From contig CAJTWM010000014.1 of assembly GCA_910579805.1 (NCBI GenBank), forward strand, positions 14,126 to 78,125: a stretch of DNA of 64,000 nucleotides, in the 5' to 3' direction. Positions 18,448-28,503 of the stretch are shown piece after piece (position 1 is the first letter of the stretch; each line of letters opens with the position of its first letter). The position numbers were made by a program, and so were the translations under genes. Under the pieces are notes generated by a model. The model was given only the letters and a program-made list of their open reading frames with translations. It did not search any database and was not told where the DNA came from. The stretch is from an uncultured Lachnospiraceae bacterium (GTDB taxonomy: Bacteria; Bacillota; Clostridia; Lachnospirales; Lachnospiraceae).

Positions 18448-21083
18448 GTGAAAAATTAGTGTTGATCGATGGAAACAGTATATTGAACAGGGCTTTTTAC
18501 GGAGTTCCGGACTTGACGAATTCCCAAGGGCTCCATACGAATGCAGTATTTGGTTTTTTAAATATTTTGTTTAAAATTTTAGAAGAGGAACAGGCGGATT
18601 ATCTGATGGTGGCTTTCGATGTAAAGGCGCCTACTTTTCGTCATGCGCTTTATAAGGAATACAAAGGAACGAGAAAGCCGATGCCGGAGGAACTAAGGGA
18701 ACAGCTGCCGGTTATGAAGGAAGTACTGCACGCCATGGGCGTTGTGACGGTGGAGCAGGCAGGACTGGAAGCGGATGATATTCTGGGTACTTTGGCAAAA
18801 CGGGGAGAGAAAGAAGGGATGGAAGTTTCTCTTGTTTCAGGAGACAGGGATCTGTTACAGATCGCCTCCGGGCATATCAAGATCAGGATCCCGAAAACAA
18901 AAGGCGGAAAAACGGAAGTGGAAGACTACTATGCCGAGGACGTGGCTGCTTCATACCGGGTGACGCCGGAGCAATTTATCGATTTGAAAGCGCTGATGGG
19001 AGATACTGCGGACAATATTCCGGGAGTACCGAAAGTAGGGGAAAAGACGGCAACTGAATTAATGGCAGCTTACGGATCCATAGAAGGGATCTATGAACAC
19101 ATCGAAGAGATCACCAAAAAGAGTATCAAGGCATCCTTACAGGAAAATAAAGAGCTGGCACAATTGAGCAGGGTTCTTGCCACGATTAAAACGGACAGCG
19201 ATGTAGATGTTTCTTTCCAAGAGGCAAAACTGGAAAATCTGTATACGAAAGAAGCTTACGAGTATTTTAAAAAACTGGAATTCAAAGCATTTTTATCCCG
19301 CTTTGAAGCAGGCGAAACAGAGAAACATTTAGAGATAGAAAACTTTTTTAAAGAAGTTACGGAACTTGAAGAAGCGGAAATCTTATTTGAAGAAGCAGCA
19401 AAAGAAAAAAGGGCGGCGTTCCATGTATTTCAGGATAAGAAGGAAAAAAACAGCTTTTCCGGAATAGGACTCGCTTATGGGGAAAAGGCCGTATGGTTAA
19501 GGCCGTACGGGTTTTTGACGGAAGAATATATGAGAGAAAAACTCCGCGCACTTTCGGAAAAGGCGGATTTAGCGGCCTTTGACATAAAAAAGCAGTATGA
19601 TTTTTTAAATCAGGAAAAGACGGACCGGTATTTTGACGTACTGATCGGGGCTTATCTTTTGAACCCGTTGAAAAATGATTATGAGATAGAGGATATTGCT
19701 TCGGAACATCTGAATCTGATGTTAAAGAGCCGGAGGGAACTGTTCGAAAAGATAAGCCTGCAGGAAGCTTCGGAAAAAGAAGAATTTTTACAATATGTAT
19801 GTTATTATGTGTATGCAATAGAGAAATCATCGGCAGTGATAGAAGAAAAATTAAAAGAAACGGGAATGTATGAATTATTCCGTGAAATAGAGATGCCCTT
19901 ATCGATGGTTTTGTATGACATGGAAAAAGAAGGTGTCATGGTCCGTCCCGAAGAATTAAAAAACTACGGGGAAAATCTTGCCGGAAAGATAGGGGAATTG
20001 GAGGAATCCATTTATTCCCTTGCAGGAGAGAAGTTCAATATTAATTCTCCAAAACAATTAGGCGAGATCCTGTTTGACAAGTTAAAACTTCCGGGAGGGA
20101 AAAAGACGAAAACGGGATATTCCACGGCAGCCGATGTGCTGGAAAAACTGGCGCCGGATTCCCCGCTTGTCGCTGCCGTGCTCGAATACAGAGGGCTTGC
20201 AAAACTAAAATCCACTTATGCGGACGGGCTGGCCGCGTTTATTGACGATACGGACAGGATCCATTCTAACTTTAACCAAACGATAACCGCTACCGGGCGT
20301 ATCAGTTCCACGGAGCCTAATCTGCAGAATATTCCGATGCGTATGGAGCTTGGGAGGCTGATCAGAAAGGTATTTGTTCCTAAAGACGGATATTTATTCA
20401 TGGACGCGGATTATTCGCAGATCGAGCTTCGGGTACTTGCCCATATGTCGGGTGACGAACAACTGATAGAAGCATATAAGATGGACGAGGATATCCACCG
20501 GATTACGGCGTCAAAGGTATTTCATACTCCTTTTGAAGAAGTTACCGATCTGCAGAGAAGGAATGCCAAAGCGGTAAATTTCGGCATTGTATACGGCATC
20601 AGTTCTTTCGGGCTCAGTCAGGATCTGAGCATTACCCGGAAGGAGGCGGCTGAATATATCGAACAGTATTTTGCAACTTATCCGAAAGTAAAAGAATTTT
20701 TAAATCAGTTGGTGAGCGACGCTAAAGAAAACGGATATGTCACGACAATGTTCCACAGAAGGCGTCCGGTTCCGGAGCTTGCCTCCAGCAATTTTATGCA
20801 GCGCTCCTTCGGAGAGCGTGTCGCCATGAATTCGCCGATTCAGGGAACGGCGGCGGATATTATTAAAATTGCGATGATACATGTATGGAGGAGGCTGAGA
20901 GAAGAAGGGCTTAAATCAAAGCTGATCCTGCAGGTGCATGACGAACTGTTGGTGGAGACGGCGTCCGAGGAGGAAGAAACGGTACGTCGTATTCTGACGG
21001 AAGAGATGCAGTCGGCGGCTAAATTGTCGGTAAAACTGGAAATAGACCTGCATACGGGGAAAGATTGGTATCAGGCTAAATAA
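18444..21083 (+). CDS. polA: DNA polymerase I
   Basis: 5'-nuclease N-terminus 'LIDGNSILNRAFYG...GDRDLLQ'. Pol motifs 'DYSQIELRVLAH', 'RRNAKAVNFGIVYG' and 'QVHDELLVE'. Confidence 0.97.
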   Translation: MSEKLVLIDGNSILNRAFYGVPDLTNSQGLHTNAVFGFLNILFKILEEEQADYLMVAFDVKAPTFRHALYKEYKGTRKPMPEELREQLPVMKEVLHAMGVVTVEQAGLEADDILGTLAKRGEKEGMEVSLVSGDRDLLQIASGHIKIRIPKTKGGKTEVEDYYAEDVAASYRVTPEQFIDLKALMGDTADNIPGVPKVGEKTATELMAAYGSIEGIYEHIEEITKKSIKASLQENKELAQLSRVLATIKTDSDVDVSFQEAKLENLYTKEAYEYFKKLEFKAFLSRFEAGETEKHLEIENFFKEVTELEEAEILFEEAAKEKRAAFHVFQDKKEKNSFSGIGLAYGEKAVWLRPYGFLTEEYMREKLRALSEKADLAAFDIKKQYDFLNQEKTDRYFDVLIGAYLLNPLKNDYEIEDIASEHLNLMLKSRRELFEKISLQEASEKEEFLQYVCYYVYAIEKSSAVIEEKLKETGMYELFREIEMPLSMVLYDMEKEGVMVRPEELKNYGENLAGKIGELEESIYSLAGEKFNINSPKQLGEILFDKLKLPGGKKTKTGYSTAADVLEKLAPDSPLVAAVLEYRGLAKLKSTYADGLAAFIDDTDRIHSNFNQTITATGRISSTEPNLQNIPMRMELGRLIRKVFVPKDGYLFMDADYSQIELRVLAHMSGDEQLIEAYKMDEDIHRITASKVFHTPFEEVTDLQRRNAKAVNFGIVYGISSFGLSQDLSITRKEAAEYIEQYFATYPKVKEFLNQLVSDAKENGYVTTMFHRRRPVPELASSNFMQRSFGERVAMNSPIQGTAADIIKIAMIHVWRRLREEGLKSKLILQVHDELLVETASEEEETVRRILTEEMQSAAKLSVKLEIDLHTGKDWYQAK

Positions 21084-21136
21084 GTATACGGCAAATGGCG
21101 GACAGAAAGAACGGCGGAAACGTGGAGAGGACCGGA

Positions 21137-21742
21137 ATGCGTGTGATTGGAATCACGGGAGGCATTGGAGCCGGAAAAACGGCGGTGCTTTCCTATATAA
21201 GAGAAAAATATAACTGCCGTGTTCTTTTGGCAGACGAAGTAGGACATCTTGTAAAACAGCCGGGACAGCCGGGGTATGAAAGTTTGGTGAAGCTTCTTGG
21301 AAACGAAATTCTCCGGCCGGACAAAACGATTGATAAGGCGAAGATGGCGGATAAGATCTTTAAAGAGGAGTCTTTACTGAAACGGGTCAACGCATTACTG
21401 CATCCCGCCATAGAACGCTATATCATAGAGGAAATAGAAAAAGAAAAGGCCTCGGACAGTCTGGCTTTCTTTTTTGTGGAGGCGGCGCTTCTTTTGGACA
21501 GCGGTCTGAAAGAGAAAGCCGAAGAAATTTGGTATATCCACGCAGACGAGCGGATACGCAGGGAGCGGCTGAAATCATCAAGAAATTATACGGATGAAAA
21601 AATCAATGAGATCATGCGTATGCAAAGAACGGAAGAGGAATTTAAAAAAGAGAGCGGCGTTATCATTTATAACGACGAGGATTTTGAAGTTACAAAGAAA
21701 CAAATTGATGAAAAACTGGGGGATCACCTGTGGCGGAATTAA
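21137..21742 (+). CDS. coaE: Dephospho-CoA kinase
   Basis: 'MRVIGITGGIGAGKT' P-loop. The length and the polA-coaE synteny are typical of Firmicutes. The start is chosen at the ATG after a GGAGAGG RBS; the track start is 21095. Confidence 0.9.
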   Translation: MRVIGITGGIGAGKTAVLSYIREKYNCRVLLADEVGHLVKQPGQPGYESLVKLLGNEILRPDKTIDKAKMADKIFKEESLLKRVNALLHPAIERYIIEEIEKEKASDSLAFFFVEAALLLDSGLKEKAEEIWYIHADERIRRERLKSSRNYTDEKINEIMRMQRTEEEFKKESGVIIYNDEDFEVTKKQIDEKLGDHLWRN

Positions 21743-23925
21743 AAAGATATTTGGAAAAACCGGTATTTGGGCTTGACATTGGGACAAGAAGCATTGTAGG
21801 AACGGTAGGGTATCTAAAAAACGATACTTTTATCGTTCTGGCACAGCGGGTAAAAGAGCATGAAACAAGGGCTATGTTAGACGGTCAGATCCATGATATA
21901 AAAAAGGTAGGCGCTGCAATCGAACAGGTAAAAAAAGAATTGGAAGAGGCGCTTTCCATGGAATTGGAAAATGTCTGTATTGCGGCGGCAGGACGTGTGT
22001 TAAGGACTGTTACGATCAATGTGGAGCAGGAGTTCCAGACAGAGAGATCCGTGACGGAGGAGGATGTTTATGCGCTTGCTTCTTTGGGGGTAGAAAAGGC
22101 GTACGAAGAGTTTTTAAAGAATCATGAAGAATATGACATGAAGTTTTACTGTGTCGGCTATTCCGTGATCCATTATTATATGAATCATTACCAGATCGGG
22201 AATCTGGAGGGACATAAGGCGAGAGTGATCGGCGCGGACATGATCGCTACTTTTTTGCCGGACGACGTAGTGGACGGGCTTTATAAAGCGGTGGAATATG
22301 CAGGGCTTCAGGTAGTAAACCTGACATTGGAGCCTATTGCCGCCATACAGGTCGCCATACCGGAGATGTATCGTATGCTGAATATGGCGCTGGTGGACGT
22401 GGGCGCAGGAACTTCCGATATTTCCATTACAAAGGACGGCAGCATCGTTGCATACGGTATGATCCCGACAGCGGGAGACAGCCTGACGGAAACGATCGCA
22501 AGGCACTGCCTTGTAGATTTTCAGACAGCGGAAACGATCAAAAGGAGCGCTACGGAAAAAGACAGCGTTTCCTATAGGGACATTATGGGGATAGAACAGG
22601 TCATTACGGCGGAGGAGATCTTAAAAGTGGCAGAACCGGAGATCCTTGCCATGACAAAGCAGGTATCCGATAAAATAAAAGAATTGAACGGTGGGAAACC
22701 GGTCAGCGCGGTATTTGTTGTGGGAGGCGGCGGAAAAATCCCTACTTATACGGACAGGCTTGCAGAGGAATTGGGAATTCAGGTACAGAGAGTCGCGGTC
22801 CGTGGGGAAGAGGTCATGCAGAAAATCACTTTCTGCGAGGAGGATGCAAGAAAGGATTCTTTACTGGTGACGCCTATCGGTATCTGCTTAAGCTATTATG
22901 AGCAGAGCAATAATTTTATCTTTGTAACATTTAACGAAGAGCGGATCAAACTCTATGACAACAGTAAGCTTGCGGTAGTGGATGCGGCAATGCAGGCAGG
23001 TTTTCCCAATGACGGTCTTTTCCCGAAGAGAGGAAAGGAACTGAATTACACGGTGAACGGAACGGCAAGACTGCTGAGAGGAGAGTTGGGAGAAGCAGCA
23101 CAGATCCTTGTGAACGGAACGGAAGCGGATATCCATACAAGGATCGCGGCTAACGATATGATTCAGGTGAAAGAATCCACAGCGGGCGCCGCCGCCTCTT
23201 TGGAACTGCAGCAAATTCCTGAATTTGCCGGCAGACTGAATATTTTTGTCAATGAAAGACAAGTGGAACTGCCGGTGTTTGCAAGTGTAAACGGCGCGCT
23301 CCAATCAGGGTTTTATGATATACGCGATCAAGACAAAATCGAAATGCTGAATTTTTATACAGTAGGGCAGATCATCGAATTTATGGATGTTATCTTAGAA
23401 CCGGAAATGAATATTTATGTAAATAATAAAGTGGCCGACAGGGATACAAAGGTATACGAGAATTTTTCCGTGATCTGGACAATGGAAGAATTAAATCTGT
23501 CGGAAGTGATAGAAGAGGTCAAAGAGGCGGCAAAACGCGGCGAGTTTTATGAAACCGCATATGAAGATCCGTTACATGAAGACTTTTCCTATGAGGAAAC
23601 TGTTTACGGAGAGGAATCCGGATACGGCGAAGGGGCGGAGGAAGAACCGGAAAGGGAGGAGCCGGCTGACGGAGACGTTACGGAAAATGAGGCAGAAAAA
23701 GCGCCGGAAGCCTTTTTTACAGAAATGACTATTATAGTCAATAAAAGCCCGATCACTTTAAAAGGAAAAGAACATTATATTTTTGTAGATATTTTTGATT
23801 ATATCGATATCGACCTTTCAAAGCCTCAGGGCAGCACCATCGTAACAGAGATCAACGGAAGAACGGCGCAATACATGGAGGCGCTGCATGACGGAGACGT
23901 AATAGAAGTATATTGGAGGAAATGA
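21730..23925 (+). CDS. Actin/Hsp70-fold ATPase of the FtsA/PilM type with a long C-terminal extension
   Basis: 'VFGLDIGTRSIVG' (phosphate-1), 'ALVDVGAGTSDISI' (phosphate-2) and 'VFVVGGGGKIP' (adenosine motif). GTG start overlapping the coaE end. The C-terminal ~300 aa is unassigned and includes an acidic tract. Confidence 0.7.
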   Translation: MAELKRYLEKPVFGLDIGTRSIVGTVGYLKNDTFIVLAQRVKEHETRAMLDGQIHDIKKVGAAIEQVKKELEEALSMELENVCIAAAGRVLRTVTINVEQEFQTERSVTEEDVYALASLGVEKAYEEFLKNHEEYDMKFYCVGYSVIHYYMNHYQIGNLEGHKARVIGADMIATFLPDDVVDGLYKAVEYAGLQVVNLTLEPIAAIQVAIPEMYRMLNMALVDVGAGTSDISITKDGSIVAYGMIPTAGDSLTETIARHCLVDFQTAETIKRSATEKDSVSYRDIMGIEQVITAEEILKVAEPEILAMTKQVSDKIKELNGGKPVSAVFVVGGGGKIPTYTDRLAEELGIQVQRVAVRGEEVMQKITFCEEDARKDSLLVTPIGICLSYYEQSNNFIFVTFNEERIKLYDNSKLAVVDAAMQAGFPNDGLFPKRGKELNYTVNGTARLLRGELGEAAQILVNGTEADIHTRIAANDMIQVKESTAGAAASLELQQIPEFAGRLNIFVNERQVELPVFASVNGALQSGFYDIRDQDKIEMLNFYTVGQIIEFMDVILEPEMNIYVNNKVADRDTKVYENFSVIWTMEELNLSEVIEEVKEAAKRGEFYETAYEDPLHEDFSYEETVYGEESGYGEGAEEEPEREEPADGDVTENEAEKAPEAFFTEMTIIVNKSPITLKGKEHYIFVDIFDYIDIDLSKPQGSTIVTEINGRTAQYMEALHDGDVIEVYWRK

Positions 23926-23928
23926 CGG

Positions 23929-24729
23929 ATGAGATTGTGCAGTATAGCCAGCGGCAGCAGCGGAAACTGTATTTATGTAGGTACCGGAGCGACCCACATT
24001 CTTGTGGATGTGGGAATAAGCGGAAAGAGAACGGAACAGGGGTTAAATACGCTCGGACTAACCTGCCGGGATCTGGACGGGATCTTTATTACGCACGAGC
24101 ATATGGATCATATCAGCGGTCTTGGAGTGATTGCAAGAAAATATCAAGTGCCGATTTATGCGACAAAGGGAACGATAGCGGCAATCAAGAAGGCGGGTAC
24201 GGTAGGCCCGATCGACGACAGTCTGTTTCAGACGATCAACGCGGAGGAAAAGCTGATCGTAAAAGATATGACGTTAAACCCTATGACGATCTCCCATGAT
24301 GCGGCGGAACCGGTGGCATACCGGATCAGTTACGGGAGAAAAAAGATTGCGGTGATCACGGATCTGGGAAATTATAACGACTATACGGTGGAATGTTTGA
24401 AAGGGATGGACGCTCTTTTGTTAGAGGCGAACCACGATGTAAACATGCTTCAGGTAGGCCCTTATCCGTATTACTTAAAGCAGCGTATTTTGGGAAACAG
24501 GGGACATTTGTCCAACGAACTTTCGGGAAGGCTATTAAGCAGGCTGCTGCACGATAAAATGCAGGCAGTAGTGCTGGGGCATCTGAGTAAGGAAAATAAC
24601 CTGCCGGAGCTTGCTTACGAGACGGTCCGTTTGGAAATTACCATGGCGGATAATGAATATAAGGCGGCAGATTTCCCGATCACCGTGGCAAAGAGAAGCG
24701 AGGTTTCTCAAGTAGTACATATTGCTTAA
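23929..24729 (+). CDS. MBL-fold metallo-hydrolase
   Basis: 'ITHEHMDHISG' (HxHxDH motif), later 'EANHD' and 'LGHLS'. GGAGG RBS. Confidence 0.85.
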   Translation: MRLCSIASGSSGNCIYVGTGATHILVDVGISGKRTEQGLNTLGLTCRDLDGIFITHEHMDHISGLGVIARKYQVPIYATKGTIAAIKKAGTVGPIDDSLFQTINAEEKLIVKDMTLNPMTISHDAAEPVAYRISYGRKKIAVITDLGNYNDYTVECLKGMDALLLEANHDVNMLQVGPYPYYLKQRILGNRGHLSNELSGRLLSRLLHDKMQAVVLGHLSKENNLPELAYETVRLEITMADNEYKAADFPITVAKRSEVSQVVHIA

Positions 24730-24754
24730 AAAAATTTATGCCTGCGCCTAAATT

Positions 24755-24897
24755 TCCGGGTTGCAGCAAAAATGGAGAGAAGGTTGAAAAATCACACCGA
24801 TGTGCTGATTTTTCAACTACGAGTTTGTGCCGGAGCCACAAACTCAAAATTGCAGAGCCAAATTTGGCTCGCGGCCTTCGCAAAAAACTGCTCCGGC
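24755..24897 (+). other. Compact multi-hairpin element: three tandem near-perfect hairpins enclosed by a possible closing helix. It is either a structured 5' leader or a REP/MITE-like repeat.
   Basis: Hairpin 1: GTTGAAAAATCA (24783-24794) with TGATTTTTCAAC (24806-24817). Hairpin 2: GAGTTTGTG (24821-24829) with CACAAACTC (24837-24845). Hairpin 3: the 16-nt palindrome GAGCCAAATTTGGCTC (24855-24870). Outer helix: CCGG..GCAG (24756-24768) with CTGC.CCGG (24889-24897). It ends 12 nt before the ACT-gene ATG. Confidence 0.6.
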
Positions 24898-24909
24898 ATG
24901 GAGGTAAAT

Positions 24910-25182
24910 ATGAAAAAAACAATTATTACCGTAGTAGGAAAGGATACAGTTGGAATCATAGCAAAAGTATGTTCCTATCTGGCAGAAAACAAGATCAATA
25001 TTTTGGATATTTCACAGACGATCGTCCAAGGGTATTTTAATATGATGATGATAGTGGATACGAATGAGACGGAAAAAGCGTTCGGAGAGATGGCGGACGA
25101 GATGGATACATTGGGAGAAAGTATCGGCGTTATCATCAAATGCCAGAAAGAAGAAATTTTTGACCAGATGCACAGAATCTGA
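24910..25182 (+). CDS. ACT-domain protein (UPF0237 family)
   Basis: GGAGG RBS then ATG at 24910. 'IITVVGKDTVGIIAKVCSYLAENKINILDISQT' is an ACT fold signature. The track ORF start at 24772 reads through the hairpin element and is not credible. Confidence 0.85.
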   Translation: MKKTIITVVGKDTVGIIAKVCSYLAENKINILDISQTIVQGYFNMMMIVDTNETEKAFGEMADEMDTLGESIGVIIKCQKEEIFDQMHRI

Positions 25183-25239
25183 TCTTCACGCCTTTACGTC
25201 GTGGAATTGGGTCCGCCAAAGCGGAAGATGGGAGCAGGA

Positions 25240-26604
25240 ATGATTAATTTATATGAAGTGACTGAAACAAATAAAATGATCGAAGAGGAAAATCTGGACG
25301 TCAGAACGATCACGCTCGGCATCAGCCTGTTAGACTGTATTGATTCCGACCTGAAAATAGTAAATGAAAAGATCTATCAGAAAATTTATCATGCGGCCAA
25401 AGATTTGGTGAAGACCGGTGAAGAGATCTCCAAAGAATACGGGATTCCTATTGTCAATAAAAGAATTTCCGTAACGCCTGTGTCGCTTGTGGGGGGCGCG
25501 GCATGTAAAACGGAAGAAGACTTCGTAGGGATCGCAAAGACGCTTGATAAGGTGGCGCATGAAGTCGGGGTAAACTTCATCGGAGGATATTCGGCGCTGG
25601 TATCCAAAGGGATGTCAAGGGCAGACGAACTTTTGATCCGTTCCATCCCGAAAGCGTTGTCTGTTACGGAAAGAGTATGCAGCTCGGTGAATGTGGGTTC
25701 TACAAAAACCGGCATCAATATGGACGCCGTAAAATTGATGGGAGAAATGATCGTAAAGACTGCCGAATTTACGAAAGAAGCGGATTCTTTAGGATGTGCA
25801 AAGCTGGTAGTATTCTGTAATGCGCCGGACGACAATCCCTTTATGGCGGGTGCTTTTCACGGCGTAACGGAAGCGGACAGGATCATCAATGTAGGAGTCA
25901 GCGGACCGGGAGTGGTGAAAACGGCGCTGGAACAGGTGCGGGGCAGGAATTTTGAAGTTTTGTGCGAGACAATCAAAAAGACTGCTTTTAAAGTAACGAG
26001 GGTAGGACAGTTAGTGGCCAAAGAAGCTTCCAAAAGGCTGGGAGTCCCCTTTGGCATTGTGGATCTGTCGTTGGCTCCGACGCCGGCAATCGGGGATTCA
26101 GTGGCGGACATTTTATGTGAGATCGGTTTGGAACATGCGGGAGCGCCGGGAACTACAGCTGCCCTTGCCCTGTTAAACGATCAGGTGAAAAAGGGCGGCG
26201 TCATGGCTTCTTCTTATGTAGGGGGACTGAGCGGTGCGTTTATTCCGGTCAGCGAAGATCAGGGGATGATCGACGCCGTTACGGCAGGGGCCCTGTCTTT
26301 GGAAAAGTTGGAGGCCATGACCTGCGTATGTTCGGTAGGACTGGATATGATCGCAATTCCGGGAGATACGAAAGCGTCAACGATCTCAGGCATTATTGCG
26401 GATGAAATGGCGATCGGTATGATCAACCAAAAGACGACGGCCGTAAGGCTGATACCGGTGATAGGAAAAGGGGTAGGTGAAACGGTTGAATTTGGAGGAC
26501 TTTTGGGCTATGCGCCTATTATGCCCGTCAATCCGTTTTCCTGCGACGCATTTGTAAACAGGGGCGGACGCATTCCCGCGCCGATTCACAGCTTTAAAAA
26601 TTAA
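25240..26604 (+). CDS. UPF0210 (DUF711) family protein, the conserved partner of the ACT protein
   Basis: '[33 protein letters not shown]' matches the UPF0210 N-terminus. Length is ~450 aa. The ACT+UPF0210 pairing is conserved in Firmicutes. Confidence 0.85.
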   Translation: MINLYEVTETNKMIEEENLDVRTITLGISLLDCIDSDLKIVNEKIYQKIYHAAKDLVKTGEEISKEYGIPIVNKRISVTPVSLVGGAACKTEEDFVGIAKTLDKVAHEVGVNFIGGYSALVSKGMSRADELLIRSIPKALSVTERVCSSVNVGSTKTGINMDAVKLMGEMIVKTAEFTKEADSLGCAKLVVFCNAPDDNPFMAGAFHGVTEADRIINVGVSGPGVVKTALEQVRGRNFEVLCETIKKTAFKVTRVGQLVAKEASKRLGVPFGIVDLSLAPTPAIGDSVADILCEIGLEHAGAPGTTAALALLNDQVKKGGVMASSYVGGLSGAFIPVSEDQGMIDAVTAGALSLEKLEAMTCVCSVGLDMIAIPGDTKASTISGIIADEMAIGMINQKTTAVRLIPVIGKGVGETVEFGGLLGYAPIMPVNPFSCDAFVNRGGRIPAPIHSFKN

Positions 26605-26622
26605 TAGAAGGGGTGTGGCTGT

Positions 26623-28419
26623 ATGGATTTTAATGGGGTATATCATAGGGCGAACGATAATTACTGTTATGCGCTGGACGAGAACCGGCTGATCGTCAAT
26701 ATCAAAACAGGTTATGATGTGAAAGCTGTCAATATTTATCAGGGAGATCCGTTTAAATCGGGAATTTTAGGCGGCGCGGAAGGCTGGGAAGGCGAATGCG
26801 TAAACATTGCTTTTAAGAAGCGGCTGAAAAACCAGATCTGGTGGACGACGACTTTGGAACCGGAATTTAAGCGTTTGAAATACTATTTTGAACTGATCAC
26901 GGATACGGAGAAATGGTATTATTTTGAAGACGGTTTTTTGAGTGAAACGCAGATGCACTTAGAGGGCAGGAGTAAGCAGTGCTTTGTCATGCCGTGGATG
27001 AATGCCAGCGATATTGCAAGGACGCCCGCATGGGTAAACGATACTGTCTGGTATCAGATTTTTCCGGAACGTTTTTATAACGGGGACGAAAGCTTAAATC
27101 CTGAAAATACATTGCCGTGGAGAGAAGACGGATATGTGAGCAATGCCGAGTTCTTTGGCGGGGACATTCCGGGGATCATAAAGAAACTGGATTATTTGAA
27201 AGATCTGGGGATCACGGGGATCTATCTGACGCCGGTTAATGAATCGCCCTCCAGCCATAAATATGATACTACCGATTACTTTAAGATCGATCCTCATTTT
27301 GGAACGGAAGAGGATTTCAAAAAGCTGGTAGAGCAGGCCCACGAAAAGGGAATCCGTATTATGGTCGACTGTGTATTTAATCATAGCGGCGAGCAGTTCG
27401 CACCATGGCAGGATGTGATAAAGAACGGCGAGAAATCCCAATATTTTGATTGGTTTATGGTAAACGAATGGCCATTTGAAAAAGGGGCGGCAAAGAAAAA
27501 GCAATATTATACGTTTGCTTTTTTCGATGAAATGCCTAAATTGAATACGAACAATGCGGAAGTCAGGAATTACTTTTTGGATGTTTGTACGAAGTGGGTC
27601 AAGGAGTATAAAGTGGATGGGCTGCGGTTTGATGTAGCTAACGAGATTTCCCATACATTTTGTAAAGAGTTAAGGAGCAGGATGAAAGCCATCAATCCGG
27701 AGATCTATATCCTTGGCGAGATCTGGCACGACGCAATGGGATGGCTGCGGGGAGACGAATTTGACGCGGTCATGAACTATCCTTTAGGTCAAAGCATCAA
27801 AGATTTCTGGATCGATAAATCTTTGACGGGAGAAGATTTTGAGTATACGGTAAACCGGTGTTATACGGGATATATGCAGCAGACGAACGACGTACTGTTT
27901 AATCTTTTGGATTCCCACGATACCAAAAGGCTGCGTTCCGAAGTGCGCAGTTTGGATGAATTTTACCAGCAGCTTGCGGTACTTTTTGCCATGCCGGGAA
28001 GCCCGTGCATCTATTATGGTACGGAGATCGCCATGGAGGGCGGACACGATCCCGACTGCCGCAGATGTATGCCTTGGGGCAAGATTGAGTCGGGCGAATA
28101 TAAGCATCGGATCGTGCTGGTCAGACAGCTCATCCATCTTAGAAAAACAGAACCGCTGTTAAAGAGCAGGAATTTCCATTTTCCGGATACTTATGACAAT
28201 CCAAGAGTCATCCATTTTACAAAGGTAGGATGGGTAGACAATTTTATTGATGTTATTATTAACTGCTCCGATGAGGAAATCGAACTTTCCGAGGACGGTG
28301 AAGTTTTATTTGAAAGATATCTGGAAGACGGAAAGCTGTTAAAAAACGGCATTTTATTCAGACGGATCAGTAGCCTTGGCGATGATAAACAGGAAAAGGC
28401 GGAAACAATCAGTAGATAA
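26623..28419 (+). CDS. Cytoplasmic GH13 alpha-glucanase of the neopullulanase/cyclomaltodextrinase/maltogenic-amylase type
   Basis: GH13 regions 'DCVFNHSG', 'GLRFDVANE', 'GEIWHD' and 'LLDSHDT'. It has an N-terminal N-domain and no signal peptide. Confidence 0.88.
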   Translation: MDFNGVYHRANDNYCYALDENRLIVNIKTGYDVKAVNIYQGDPFKSGILGGAEGWEGECVNIAFKKRLKNQIWWTTTLEPEFKRLKYYFELITDTEKWYYFEDGFLSETQMHLEGRSKQCFVMPWMNASDIARTPAWVNDTVWYQIFPERFYNGDESLNPENTLPWREDGYVSNAEFFGGDIPGIIKKLDYLKDLGITGIYLTPVNESPSSHKYDTTDYFKIDPHFGTEEDFKKLVEQAHEKGIRIMVDCVFNHSGEQFAPWQDVIKNGEKSQYFDWFMVNEWPFEKGAAKKKQYYTFAFFDEMPKLNTNNAEVRNYFLDVCTKWVKEYKVDGLRFDVANEISHTFCKELRSRMKAINPEIYILGEIWHDAMGWLRGDEFDAVMNYPLGQSIKDFWIDKSLTGEDFEYTVNRCYTGYMQQTNDVLFNLLDSHDTKRLRSEVRSLDEFYQQLAVLFAMPGSPCIYYGTEIAMEGGHDPDCRRCMPWGKIESGEYKHRIVLVRQLIHLRKTEPLLKSRNFHFPDTYDNPRVIHFTKVGWVDNFIDVIINCSDEEIELSEDGEVLFERYLEDGKLLKNGILFRRISSLGDDKQEKAETISR

Positions 28420-28503
28420 AACAAGGGAAAAGCAAAAGATAAGAATGAAGTTAAGCGATAGAAGAAAATTGCCCCGCTTAAGAAACGGGAATGGAGGATG
28501 AAA

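Noticed and set aside
24738-25040. 100-aa ORF, and the long N-terminal extension of ORF 24772-25182
   Set aside because: Both read straight through the three perfect hairpins. The real ACT gene starts at 24910 behind a GGAGG RBS.
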